DNA of 63,462 bases, the filler included, from Octopus bimaculoides (Eukaryota): the NCBI RefSeq assembly GCF_001194135.2. It is 11 parts of 10 records of this genome, joined end to end, with 100 filler letters (N's around TTAATTAATTAA, not from the genome) between each part and the next. Parts side by side here need not be neighbours in the genome. Positions count along the whole stretch, not along the records: positions 23,843 to 45,064 come from NC_068988.1; positions 45,165 to 46,913 come from NW_026388985.1; positions 47,014 to 60,547 come from NC_068987.1; 8 more parts are not named here. One strand, 5' to 3'. The stretch's first letter is position 1. Each line of letters opens with the position of its first letter. The notes under the pieces are model-generated. The model saw only the letters and a list, made by a program, of their open reading frames with translations. It was not told the origin of the DNA and ran no database searches. Shown piece after piece: positions 38,495-48,800 of this stretch. The position numbers and the translations under genes are program-made.

Positions 38495-38534
38495 GGCCAT
38501 GACGAAGGGAAATAGCCCTGAAACTCGAGTCGCC
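38495..38534 (+). ncRNA. Minimal type I hammerhead ribozyme-like motif (one extra nt in core)
   Basis: GGC-C(A)TGACGA-AGGG aaatag CCCT-GAAAC-TCGA-GTC-GCC: 3-bp stem I, 4-bp stem II, 2-bp stem III with palindromic loop, GUC cleavage triplet. Confidence 0.55.
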
Positions 38535-38690
38535 TTTATATTTATATATTTGATCCTTTATATTGAACACTCAATATTTCATCTACATTCAATACTTTCT
38601 TTCATGGTGCCATCCGTTTTTATTTTATTTTATTTTATCGGTGGTGCACCAGCATGACCGCAGCCAACACATAAATAAATAAAAATAAAA

Positions 38691-38875
38691 TATTGTATAT
38701 TATATTATATATTGTATATTCCATATTCTATACCCCACATTGGTTCTGCAGGAATATAAATAAAACATAAAAAACAGACAGTGTTGGAACTCTTTTAAAC
38801 AAAATAATATATTCCTCTATACACAATCATACAAAAAAACCACCTTTTTTGTATTTATTTTTACTCGCATATATA
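38691..38875. repeat. Young repeat copy, inverted partner of 60355-60547
   Basis: 3 mismatches over ~185 nt by manual alignment. Confidence 0.92.
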
Positions 38876-39289
38876 TATATGTATGTTTGTATATATTTAT
38901 GTATGTGTCTGTGTTTGTCCCCCCCACACAGTTGCTTGCTAACCGATGTTGGTTTGTTTATGTCCCCATAACTTAGCAGTTCATAAATAAAGTACCAGTC
39001 AAGTAGTGAGGTGACAGGGTGTTATTCTTTTCTCAATCTCTCTCTTTTTTTCTCTCTCTATCACAGTTTCTCTTCTCTGAGGGACTGGTTTGGTTCTTAT
39101 TTCTGAATACTCTGTAAACTAGTACAACATAGAATGCAGTCATCTTGTATCGAGATTCATCAACTGGCAGTAATTCTTCTGGCGCCATGATGTAAATGAT
39201 GGTAATTAGACAAAAAAAAGGCATTTTTTGTCAAAAGATTCCATCTTAATCTGAATTCAACAATTAGTCAAAACGACTAAACCTTGTTA

Positions 39290-39830
39290 GCACTCTCTCT
39301 CTTTCTCACTCTTTTCTCTCTCTCTCTTGCTCTCTTCTTCTTGCTTTCTCCTACTCACTTTCTCTTACTCTTATTTTCTCTTGTTCTCTCTCTTTCTTCC
39401 TTTCTGTTTCTTGGTCTCTCTCTGTCTTAGTCTTTCCCTCCCTCTTTCTCTTAATCTTCCCACTCTCTCTTAGTCGTTCCCTCTCTCTGTCTCTTAGTCT
39501 CTCTCTCTTTCTTAGTCTCTCTCTCTTTCTTAGTCTCTCTCTCTTTCTTAGTCTCTCCCTTTTTCCTTCTCCCTCTCTTAGTCTTATCCTTTCTCAATCT
39601 TACCCTCTCTTTCTTAGTCTGTTCTTCAGTCTTTTTTAGTCTCCCCCTCTCTCTCTCTCTCTTAATCTCTCTCTTTTTCCTAGTCTCATTCTTAGTCTCA
39701 TTCTTAGTCTCTCTCTCCCTCTCTTAGTCTTTCTTTCTCCCTCTCTTAGTCTTATCCTCTCCCTCTCAATCTTACCCACTCTCTCTCTCTCTCTTAGTCT
39801 GTTCTTCCTCTCTTTCTCCCTCTTACTTGC
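39290..39830. repeat. CT-rich tract with recurring TTAGTCTCTCTCTCTTTC-type units
   Basis: The CTTAGTC word recurs >10 times within (CT)n. Confidence 0.9.
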
Positions 39831-40415
39831 TACTTTTTGATGACCTTCACTCCATAAAATCCCATGTATTTTCTCTTTCCACCTTGTTGCTAACACACCT
39901 GTTTATCCCCACTAGACTTAATCCTAACACCTGTGTATGTTTCACTCTACACACACACAGACATGCACACATTTTGATGCACACCCGCCTACCCCACACA
40001 AACATGCATGCACACCCACACATCCACACATGCAGACACTTATACAGAATTTCTCTTCAGCACCACCTTCCGTCAGCACAGCCAACACCCCCTCCTCCAC
40101 CATGATCATATCATCATCATCATCATCACCATCCCCAGCGTAACCACCACCACCACCACCATCACCTCTCCCACAGGACAGTAGCATTTTAATATACTTG
40201 TGAAAAAATAATCACTGTCACCAGTATAGCAGCTTCAACCACTACAACAACCATCACCACTATAACAACAACCACCACAATAGCAACGACGGCGGCAACA
40301 TAAAATGTCTTGGCTGTCATTCTCCACTCTCCCCTTTTGGTGTGTCTGACACAAAATCTCTAGGTTTTAAAAAAATTTTCAGCATTTTTATCTCATTAAG
40401 CAGGCATTTCTCCTC

Positions 40416-40457
<42 letters not shown>

Positions 40458-40854
40458 AGAGGCCCTGCCACCTTCCCACCCCACCCAGTGTCAAGGTCCT
40501 ATTAGCATTTCTTATCGAATGTCTTAATTAGTGTTTATTACTGATTAATTTCTACCAGAAGTTTTAATTAATACCAGAGGGAACCGTGTCAGTGATCGAG
40601 ATGCTGAAATGCAACAAAAGTTTTTTTGACACTTCCTTCATAACGGAGAGAATATTAATAAGTTAATGAAAAGTGAATATAACGGGTTTTTGTGTGGCCT
40701 TAACACTTTTAGCGTTTAAACTAGCCATATCTGGCCAAAGTACTCTCTGTGTTTTATGTTGAAACTGGTCAGATCCAGCCTCTCACACTGGCCCTAAAAA
40801 TTTTGAAGCCATAATATAATGAATGATTTATTCAAAACATGAATAAATAAGCAT

Positions 40855-41110
40855 TACATCATCATCATCATCATTATCATATAACATCCATTTTCCATGC
40901 TGGCATGGGTTGGACCGGTTTGACTGAAAACTGGTAAGCTGCATAGCTGCACCAGGTTCCAGTCTGATTTGGCATGGTTTCTATGGCTGGATGCCCTTCC
41001 TCATGCCAACCACTCCAGGAGTGTAGTGGGTGCTTTTTACGTGCCACCTGCATGAGTGCCAGTTATGTGACGCTGGCGTCGGCCATGACTTCGATCTCAC
41101 TTGGCTTCAC
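40855..41110 (-). mobile_element. Family C repeat
   Basis: (ATC)n...TTTTCCATGCTGGCATGGGTTGG...GGATGCCCTTCCT...GTGTAGTGGGTGCTTTTTACGTGCCACC. Confidence 0.8.
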
Positions 41111-42876
41111 AGGTCTTGGTTCCGGTCACTTGTCACTACCGGAATGCTTAAAGGGTTATATGACCAAAATGTCTTTTTTATGAAGAAATAGTTTTAATTT
41201 CAACACAGGCACAGGAGTGGCTGTGTGGTAAGTAGCTTGCTTACCATTTTTGGCAGGTACTTGATAACACCACAATGCCAAATTTTGCCCATTTTCAAGA
41301 AAATTGGCTACTAATTATTTTTGAAATCTTCTTTGAACAGTCAGACGTCAGTTGATCTGGAAAGAAACAATTCTCTTATTAATAAGGAAAGTTGATATTA
41401 ATGCCTGCAAGATTTCACACCTTTAGCTTCACTTCATAATTAGCCTTTGGACTTTTCAGCCCACCCTCGTGTGTGTGTGTGTGTGTGTTTGTGTATTTGT
41501 ACATATAATTCTTTTTTGGAATATTGGTTCATGAAGTCAAAAATAATAGTATGTAACTATTGGGTTGAAAAATCCATCTTTTTGGAGAGAAAAAGTCGAT
41601 TGCTTACAGATGTACACACATGCATGCATGTGCACGCACGCATGCACAGAGACTCCATCTAAGAATATCTGAAGAAGGAATCGTATTCCTAAATATCATC
41701 GGACTATAGATAACTAAATTACAACAGGTATATAGTCCATTTTTTTTGTATTATAGTGCATTGTTATACCATTCAAAACTTTTTGTTCTTTACAAACAAT
41801 ACACAATGCTTCAAGCGAACTACAATACTCACCTGTATTTATTGTGTTTATATTCAAACTCGAACAGTGAAATATATATTAGGTATTATGGGTAAGACTG
41901 TACTGCTTGTAATGAGAACAGAATGGATCAATACTTCATGAGTCTGAAATCCCAAACTTCCAGTGTATATAAAAATGCTGGACATGCCATTAATGATGTG
42001 TGTATACCTCACACCCCTTGTGTCCAAGCCATATTTCAAAGAACCATCCAGAAAATAGACTGAAGTCATTAGTAGCTTTCAAAATTGTGTCTTTCAAGTT
42101 ACACTTCGTGTGTAGATACAAATTGCATTGTTCTCTTGTACATTGCATAGAAGCAGCTGCTACGTCATGAATTGTTTCACCCAAGGGATAGCATTTATCC
42201 ATTTCATTTTAAAAGCTTCCTGGTTAAAATGTGACATGTCACAGCTTCATTGTCGTTGCTGCCATGCATGTCTGTTGAGTAGCATGGCAACGAATGGCTT
42301 TGGGAAATTGTTTTAGAATTTGGATTAATGCCGCCATTATCATCATCGTTGTTGTTGTTGTTGTTGGTGGTGATTTTGTTGTTTGTATATCTCCAGCTCA
42401 GCTCTGATCAAGTACACTTATGACCAAAGGGAATTCTAGCTATGGCCATCCCATTTTTATTATTTTTTGTTATTCTACTTTTCAGTCATTGTCTATCTAG
42501 GACTATAATATCCAGTGTAACTTTCCTCTCACTCTCCCTCTCTCTTTTTAAATGATAATGTATGATTTGAGAGAGTTTTAACTGCTATTTCTATCAGGCC
42601 AAGCAATCATATACAAGCTCCTACTTTTGCTTATTCTGGAGTGATGTCTTAACAAAGACACCCTTAAGCAGGAGTGGTGGTGTGGTAAGAAGCTTGCTTC
42701 CCAACCACATGGTTTCAGGTTCAGTCCTACTGCATAGCACCTTGGGCAAGTGTCTTCCACTGTAGCCTCAGGCCACCAAAACCTTTGAACTTAGAGCGTA
42801 GCAACGGGTGAAATACTGCTAAGCATTTTCCCCTCCATGCTAATGATTCTGCCAGCTCGCCACCACCACCACCACC

Positions 42877-42930
<54 letters not shown>

Positions 42931-43496
42931 GTATGCCCGGATGCAGTACCAGGCAGTGGCTCTCATGGCTTCTGATCTTAATTGATTGGAAGTGTTATCA
43001 TGTACATTGTTTTCTCTTCGTATAAAAGATGGGCTACAGCAAATATTCTGCTTAATACCACAGATTTGTTTGTCNNNNNNNNNNNNNNNNNNNNNNNNNN
43101 NNNNNNNNNNNNNNNNNNNNNNNNNNNNNNNNNNNNNNNNNNNNNNNNNNNNNNNNNNNAGTGGGGGAACATCATAGCCATGTGTTGAGAGGAATTCTTT
43201 GGAGTTTGAATAATTCACCTTTGGAAACATGGGTGTTTTGCTCAACATCCTTAAACAAACCTTATTCAGGGACCTTTTGAGCGGGATGGGCTATTCGACC
43301 TGAAGAAAATTCTAACTGGGCCCCCACCTGCGAGGTCATGCACTGTTTATCTTGATATGAGATCACCATGTCGCGCACATATGGATGTGATGCATGTGCC
43401 TGGTGTACCCTCATCAGACGGGTAGTCATGATGGGTATATTGGGCTTTGTATATTTTACCCCAGTGTCACTTTGATGGCATGCACTGCTCGCTCAC
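42931..43496 (+). repeat. Interspersed repeat family D, longer copy embedded in (TAA)n
   Basis: Flanked on both sides by (TAA)n tracts. 43200-43496 is the reverse complement of 4415-4712. Confidence 0.85.
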
Positions 43497-43536
<40 letters not shown>

Positions 43537-43986
43537 TAATAATAATATTTTTTTGGTTTGTATTTCCATTTTCTTTGCCATAGTAATTTTCAGTGGCCAT
43601 ACACCATCACCACCACTGCCACTATTTGTAATACCACTTCAACATACCTACCACCACCACCACCACCATCATCATCATCATCTATGTGTGTCGTGTGTGT
43701 GTATGTTTGTGTAAACCCTTGTCTTGGCATATCACAAGAGGGTTGTTAATGAGTGAATTGTTCATTTCAAGTCTTCAATAAAGAATGTTCCCGGGAAATA
43801 TTACCTTGCGTGGAAACAGACGAGGGTTAATGACAGCAAGGGCATCCCGGCCATAGAATATCTATCTGCTTCATCAAATTTCTTGTGACTCATGCAAGCC
43901 TGGACATCAAACAATAATGACGACGAGAATGATGACGCTTACGCACACAACACAATGACCTCTTCTCTTTTGTTCTTTCTCTCCAG

Positions 43987-44100
43987 ATTCCTGGGACTGT
44001 GTTGCTACAGTATTTTTCATTGATACTGCTCACAATATCATATCATATGTGGAGACAATATGGAGAATCTTAAAACCTGGAGGTTTCTGGGTGAATTTAG
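43987..44100 (+). CDS. CARNMT1: Next coding exon of carnosine N-methyltransferase
   Basis: Acceptor ...ttctttctctccag| and donor |gtaaga. The 114 nt start in phase 1 (A+AT = Asn, joining the previous exon in frame): [39 protein letters not shown], matching human [39 protein letters not shown]. Confidence 0.93.
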
Positions 44101-44184
44101 GTAAGACACACCGTTTTCTTCAATTTGTTTGTTTTGTTGTTTTCCACCCTCAGTCGACCTTTCAGCATTTAGACTGGCCATATC

Positions 44185-44530
44185 TGGCCCAAATAAGACC
44201 CCCTTCAGTCATGAATGACCATGCAATTGCACCTAGGAAGTTCCATTCCAAGGTACGAGTCCAGACAAGGTTGTTTGTGGAAGACCAGCAGTCACCCAAA
44301 CATACCAGCCTCCCTTCTTCACACCATTATATGTACATAGGGTAAAGGGTAAAGACCCCCTTTGGTCATGACTGACCATGGGATTGTACCTAGAAATTTT
44401 CCTTCTGAGGCACAAATCTGGGTAAGGTTATTTATGGAAGGCCAGCAGTCACCCATGCATACCAGCCTCCCCTCTCCACACCAGCGGTGTTATCCAAAAG
44501 AAAGGCAAAGGTTGATACAGCTTGGCCTGG
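44185..44530 (-). mobile_element. Family E SINE 3' part with duplicated module, starting ~85 nt after the CARNMT1 donor
   Basis: Two modules separated by CATTATATGTACATA. Confidence 0.8.
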
Positions 44531-45164
44531 GGTTATATTTTAAGACGCTTGCCCAAGGTGCCACACTGTGACATATAAACATGCGTTTCCATGCATGAAT
44601 GTGTTATGAATGTTGGTAATCCACACGTGTTGCTGGTTTAAGAAAGTGGTGAAAATGTCATTCCTTCATTGGCTGGTTGCTTTATGCTTTTGAATAATAA
44701 AAGAAAAATCATTTCATTCCTCCAAAAAAAAAAAAAAACAGGTACAGGTTGGTGACTGGAAGAGCATCCGGCTTTAAAAATAAAGCTTTAGATAAACTCC
44801 CCATTCAAATCTCTGCTTGCATGAGAAAACGGATGTTAAACAAACGAACATATAATGTTACATGCACACACACACACACACACGTGTGTGTGTGTGTATT
44901 TGTATATGTACTTATATGTGCAAATGTGATGATACATGTATAAACACGATGCACAGCGTATATGTAAATTCATATTGGTGAGTATGATATTCATCACATA
45001 TATGACTTACAGGCAATATCACATTTGCATGTATATACGACTGTGTGTGTGTGTGTATATATATNNNNNNNNNNNNNNNNNNNNNNNNNNNNNNNNNNNN
45101 NNNNNNNNTTAATTAATTAANNNNNNNNNNNNNNNNNNNNNNNNNNNNNNNNNNNNNNNNNNNN

Positions 45165-46211
45165 TTTTTTCCATCCAAATTATTTTGAAGACTGCAGAAT
45201 AAATGATAACCAGAAGCGGGAATATCTTGCAAATATGGTAGGTGGGGCTTCATTTCCCATTCAAACTGCTCCAGCCGTTCGAATGTCATCCACACTGCAT
45301 GCGGCCGAACATTATCTTGATGGAAGAACATCTTTCGTCTTGAAACGAAAGATGATCGTTTTTCTTCTAACGCTATCTTAAACCGCTCAAGCTGCTCGCA
45401 GTAGATCTCCTTTGTTATTGTTTGGTTTGGGTTTAAAAGTTCAAAGTGAACTCAACCTATCATATCCTACCAAGCAGATAACACCTTACGTAGGTGAAGA
45501 CCTTTTTCAGCCTGGAGTACTAGCGTTTCTCTTTTCCCTACCCACAGTCTTCGGCGTTTGACGTTTTTCTAGAGAGCCCATTTCTCGTCATCAATCACTA
45601 TTCGGTCTAAAAAAGGTTCATTCGTGAGACGTAACAGCAAAGGAGAGCACACATTCACTCTCTGCGCGCGATTAGAGCCATTATTCCAATTTTCTGACTT
45701 ATCCGATGGCACGCAGGTGTCGGTGAATGGTTGAATGACCAAATCCAAGATTCTCAGCTAGATCTTCAACAGTTACGATGGGATTTTGTTCCACCGGAGT
45801 TTGCAGGACGTCTTCGTCGAGCTCTACAGATCTTCCGGGGTGAGTCTCGTCTTCTAGGCTGTAGTTTCCAGCTCGGAATTTCTGGAACCGCTTTTGACAC
45901 TGGCTTACGCTTATTGTCCGATCTCCATATACAGCATTAATATTCCTCGCACTTACCGTTGCATTGTTGCTTTTATTGAACTCATAAAGCAAAATATGTC
46001 GAATATGTTCCTTTGTCACTTCCAGTATAGCTTTGGAAATATAAATTAAATTCGAACTGCACTCTTCAAAACTTGAACTAAGAATAAGCACAAGGTAAAA
46101 TTACTACCACCTTTTATAGCAAGTTGATGCAGGTAGTTTATCCCGTCACCCTCCAGCTTTTTAGTTCACGCAATTGAAAAAATACCGCATTATTTATGGG
46201 ATGACCCAATA
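45165..46211 (-). mobile_element. mariner (DD34D-type) transposon, disrupted transposase, one TIR visible
   Basis: EVTKEHIRHILLYEFNKSNNAT..ARNINAVYG...FQKFRAGNYSLEDE..PGRS (HTH), DRIVIDDEKW, FHQDNVRPH, HLPYLQDIPASGYHLF. Terminus TATTGGGTCATCCCATAAATAATGCGG at 46211. Confidence 0.93.
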
Positions 46212-46336
46212 TAAACATAATTTTATAGACTCTGTATTGGCGTATCTACAATCTAAATATATTTGTGTGCGCTGTGTGTTTATGCATGCACGTATGTATA
46301 TTCATAAGCATATGTACTTTTATATGCATGTGTATG

Positions 46337-46425
<89 letters not shown>

Positions 46426-47013
46426 TGATTGATTGATTGATACATACATACATCTGTACGTATACATATACATATATAAACGTATGTGTATACATACATC
46501 CATCCATACATACATCCATCCATTTATACATACATACATCCTCTAACTCATGTTACACAGAAACTAAGTTTCCCTTGAAGCGGAGTAAAATGCGTGTGTG
46601 CATTAGTGGTGTATAAGTCTATTGTATTTTGAAAGAAACCTCCCAAATGTTAGATCACAAAATGGATCCTTTATGTTTAACGTGCCGTTCTGGCGTAATT
46701 AGATTGAAACTGCTCTCTCTCTTTCCACATTGAATGGTTGACACTTACAGAATTCTGGTGGCTTTTGTTTAGTTGATTATTCTTTGCATCCGGTGCTGCG
46801 TGGACGAAAGCGCGTTGTGACAAGATCTTCACGGGGCTTTTGTTATCGTCGCCGTCGTTGTTGTTGTCGACGACGACGTCTTTCTTACTGCTTCTCTCTC
46901 TCTCTCTCTCTCTNNNNNNNNNNNNNNNNNNNNNNNNNNNNNNNNNNNNNNNNNNNNTTAATTAATTAANNNNNNNNNNNNNNNNNNNNNNNNNNNNNNN
47001 NNNNNNNNNNNNN

Positions 47014-47375
47014 ATTGGGATTTCGGATTTGACCGAATAAGATGATGTGGATGATCTGAGCGGCGGTGAAGATATATGTGGGATGACGTTGGCTTGCAAA
47101 ATAACTCTGTCATTATTCTGCCTCCAGAAAACTTGACTTTCGTGTCCAAAAATTCAACGCTAGTTTTTTAAAAACTAGACGTAAATTTTATATTGGACTT
47201 AAAGCCATAGTTTCTAGCAAAACAATCACAGAAATGCAAGAAGTCCATTAAACTATCCTGTGATCCTTCCCAGACAAAAAATACGTCGTCAATGAACCGT
47301 AACCAGAGTATTGGTTCATGACCATGAAGGGATTTGAATGTCTTCAGTAACTTTGTCTCAAAATTTGTCATAAAG
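47014..47375 (-). mobile_element. Penelope-like element RT remnant (second lineage)
   Basis: NFETKLL...WLRFIDDVFFVWEGSQDSLMDFL...IKFT...VEFLDTKV...TELFCKPTSSHIYLHRRSDHPHHLIRSNPKSQ is the classic PLE WxRFIDD / KPT..YLH..S.HP.H..SQ signature. Confidence 0.88.
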
Positions 47376-48392
47376 ACATTAGTCTAATAATAATAATAAT
47401 TACTATTAAGGTGTAAGGTTGAAAATGGGTCGTTCTCCAATGGAAGGTGAAGGTTTGAAGTGTCTCTTGTATGATGTTCTCCAAGAAGGTGTTGAAAAGC
47501 ACTAGAAGAAGAACCTTGTAGAATACACACCGTTGCCATGGAGAAATCTTAGACGTTGCCATGGAGAAATCTTAGAACTGCACTACCTGAGTTTTTATAT
47601 AGTACGTGGATTACTTTTAATTACTTGATTGTTATCGAAGTTGTAATTCTTCATCACCTGCCTTAACCTATTGTGTCGCGCACGGTCAAAAGTATTTTTG
47701 AAGATGAATGATGCAAATTACTAAGACAGGCAAATTTAGATGCTGCCAGAATTATAGGATAATCAGTCTAATTAGCCCCCTCCCCCAGGAGAGTATTTCT
47801 AAGAGTTCTGTTAATCAGCATTAATGGATAGGCAGGAGAAATTCTTGCAGAAGGAAAGGCAGGCTTTAAACCCAAAACGAGTACTCTGAAATACATATTT
47901 AACATTAGTCTGCTTAATGAGACAATATATTACATAGAATATATAATATCTGCACATACGTAGATATATGTATATGTGCTTGCCTGTGTGTGCGTGTGTG
48001 GAGGGTTGAACAGAAAGAATATAACAAGAAGTTAGACGAAAGTACAGCAAACGGGAAACCAAAAGAAAACTTAACAGATGGGAAATTAGACAAAGACATG
48101 ATACACGGAATATTTGCAGCTAAGTTTTCCTCGTGAGTCAATGATGCAAACTATCATTGCAGTTTCGCGACAGTTACCATTGACACCGCTCATTTTTGCT
48201 GGCGCCACTCCTTTTTATTAAGCTACAGAGGAAAGCTAGCGAATGTATACTAAGACAGAAACAAACAAGACATTGTATAAATATAACAGACAAAGAATAT
48301 AACAGCACGAAACCTTGGGGATATATACGCAACGGAAGAAGAAGATAATATTTATACATATACCACAAATACAACAGAAAGAGCGAGCATAA

Positions 48393-48800
48393 GGCGGCGA
48401 ACTGGCAGAATCTTTAGCACACCGGGCGAAAGGCTTAGCGGTATTTCGTCTGCCGTGACGTTCTGAGTTCAAATTCCGCCGAGGTCGACTTTGCCTTTCA
48501 TCCTTTCGGGGTCGATAAATTAAGTACCAGTTACGCACTGGGGTCGATGTAATCGACTTAATCCCTTTGTCTGTCCTTGTTTGTCCCNNNNNNNNNNGTG
48601 GGCAGTAAAGAAATAGGTATTTCGTCTGCCGTTACGTTCTGAGTTCAAATTCCTCCGAGGTCGACTTTGCCTTTCATCCTTTCGGGGTCGATTAAATAAG
48701 TACCAGTTACGCACTGTGGTCGATATAATCGGCTTAATCCGTTCGTCTGTCTTTGTTTGTCCCCTATGTATGTAGCCCCTTGTGGGCAGTAAAGAAATAA
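48393..48800 (+). mobile_element. Family B SINE followed head-to-tail by a 5'-truncated second unit
   Basis: Full unit to ...GTAAAGAAATA (48615), directly followed by GGTATTTCGTCTGCC...GTAAAGAAATAAG. Confidence 0.88.

Larger units (their letters stand above)
29707..43986 (+). other. CARNMT1: GT-AG phase-1 intron of CARNMT1 (~14.3 kb including gaps)
   Basis: The flanking exons join in frame and are contiguous in the recalled homologous protein (EP-N-SWDC). Confidence 0.85.
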
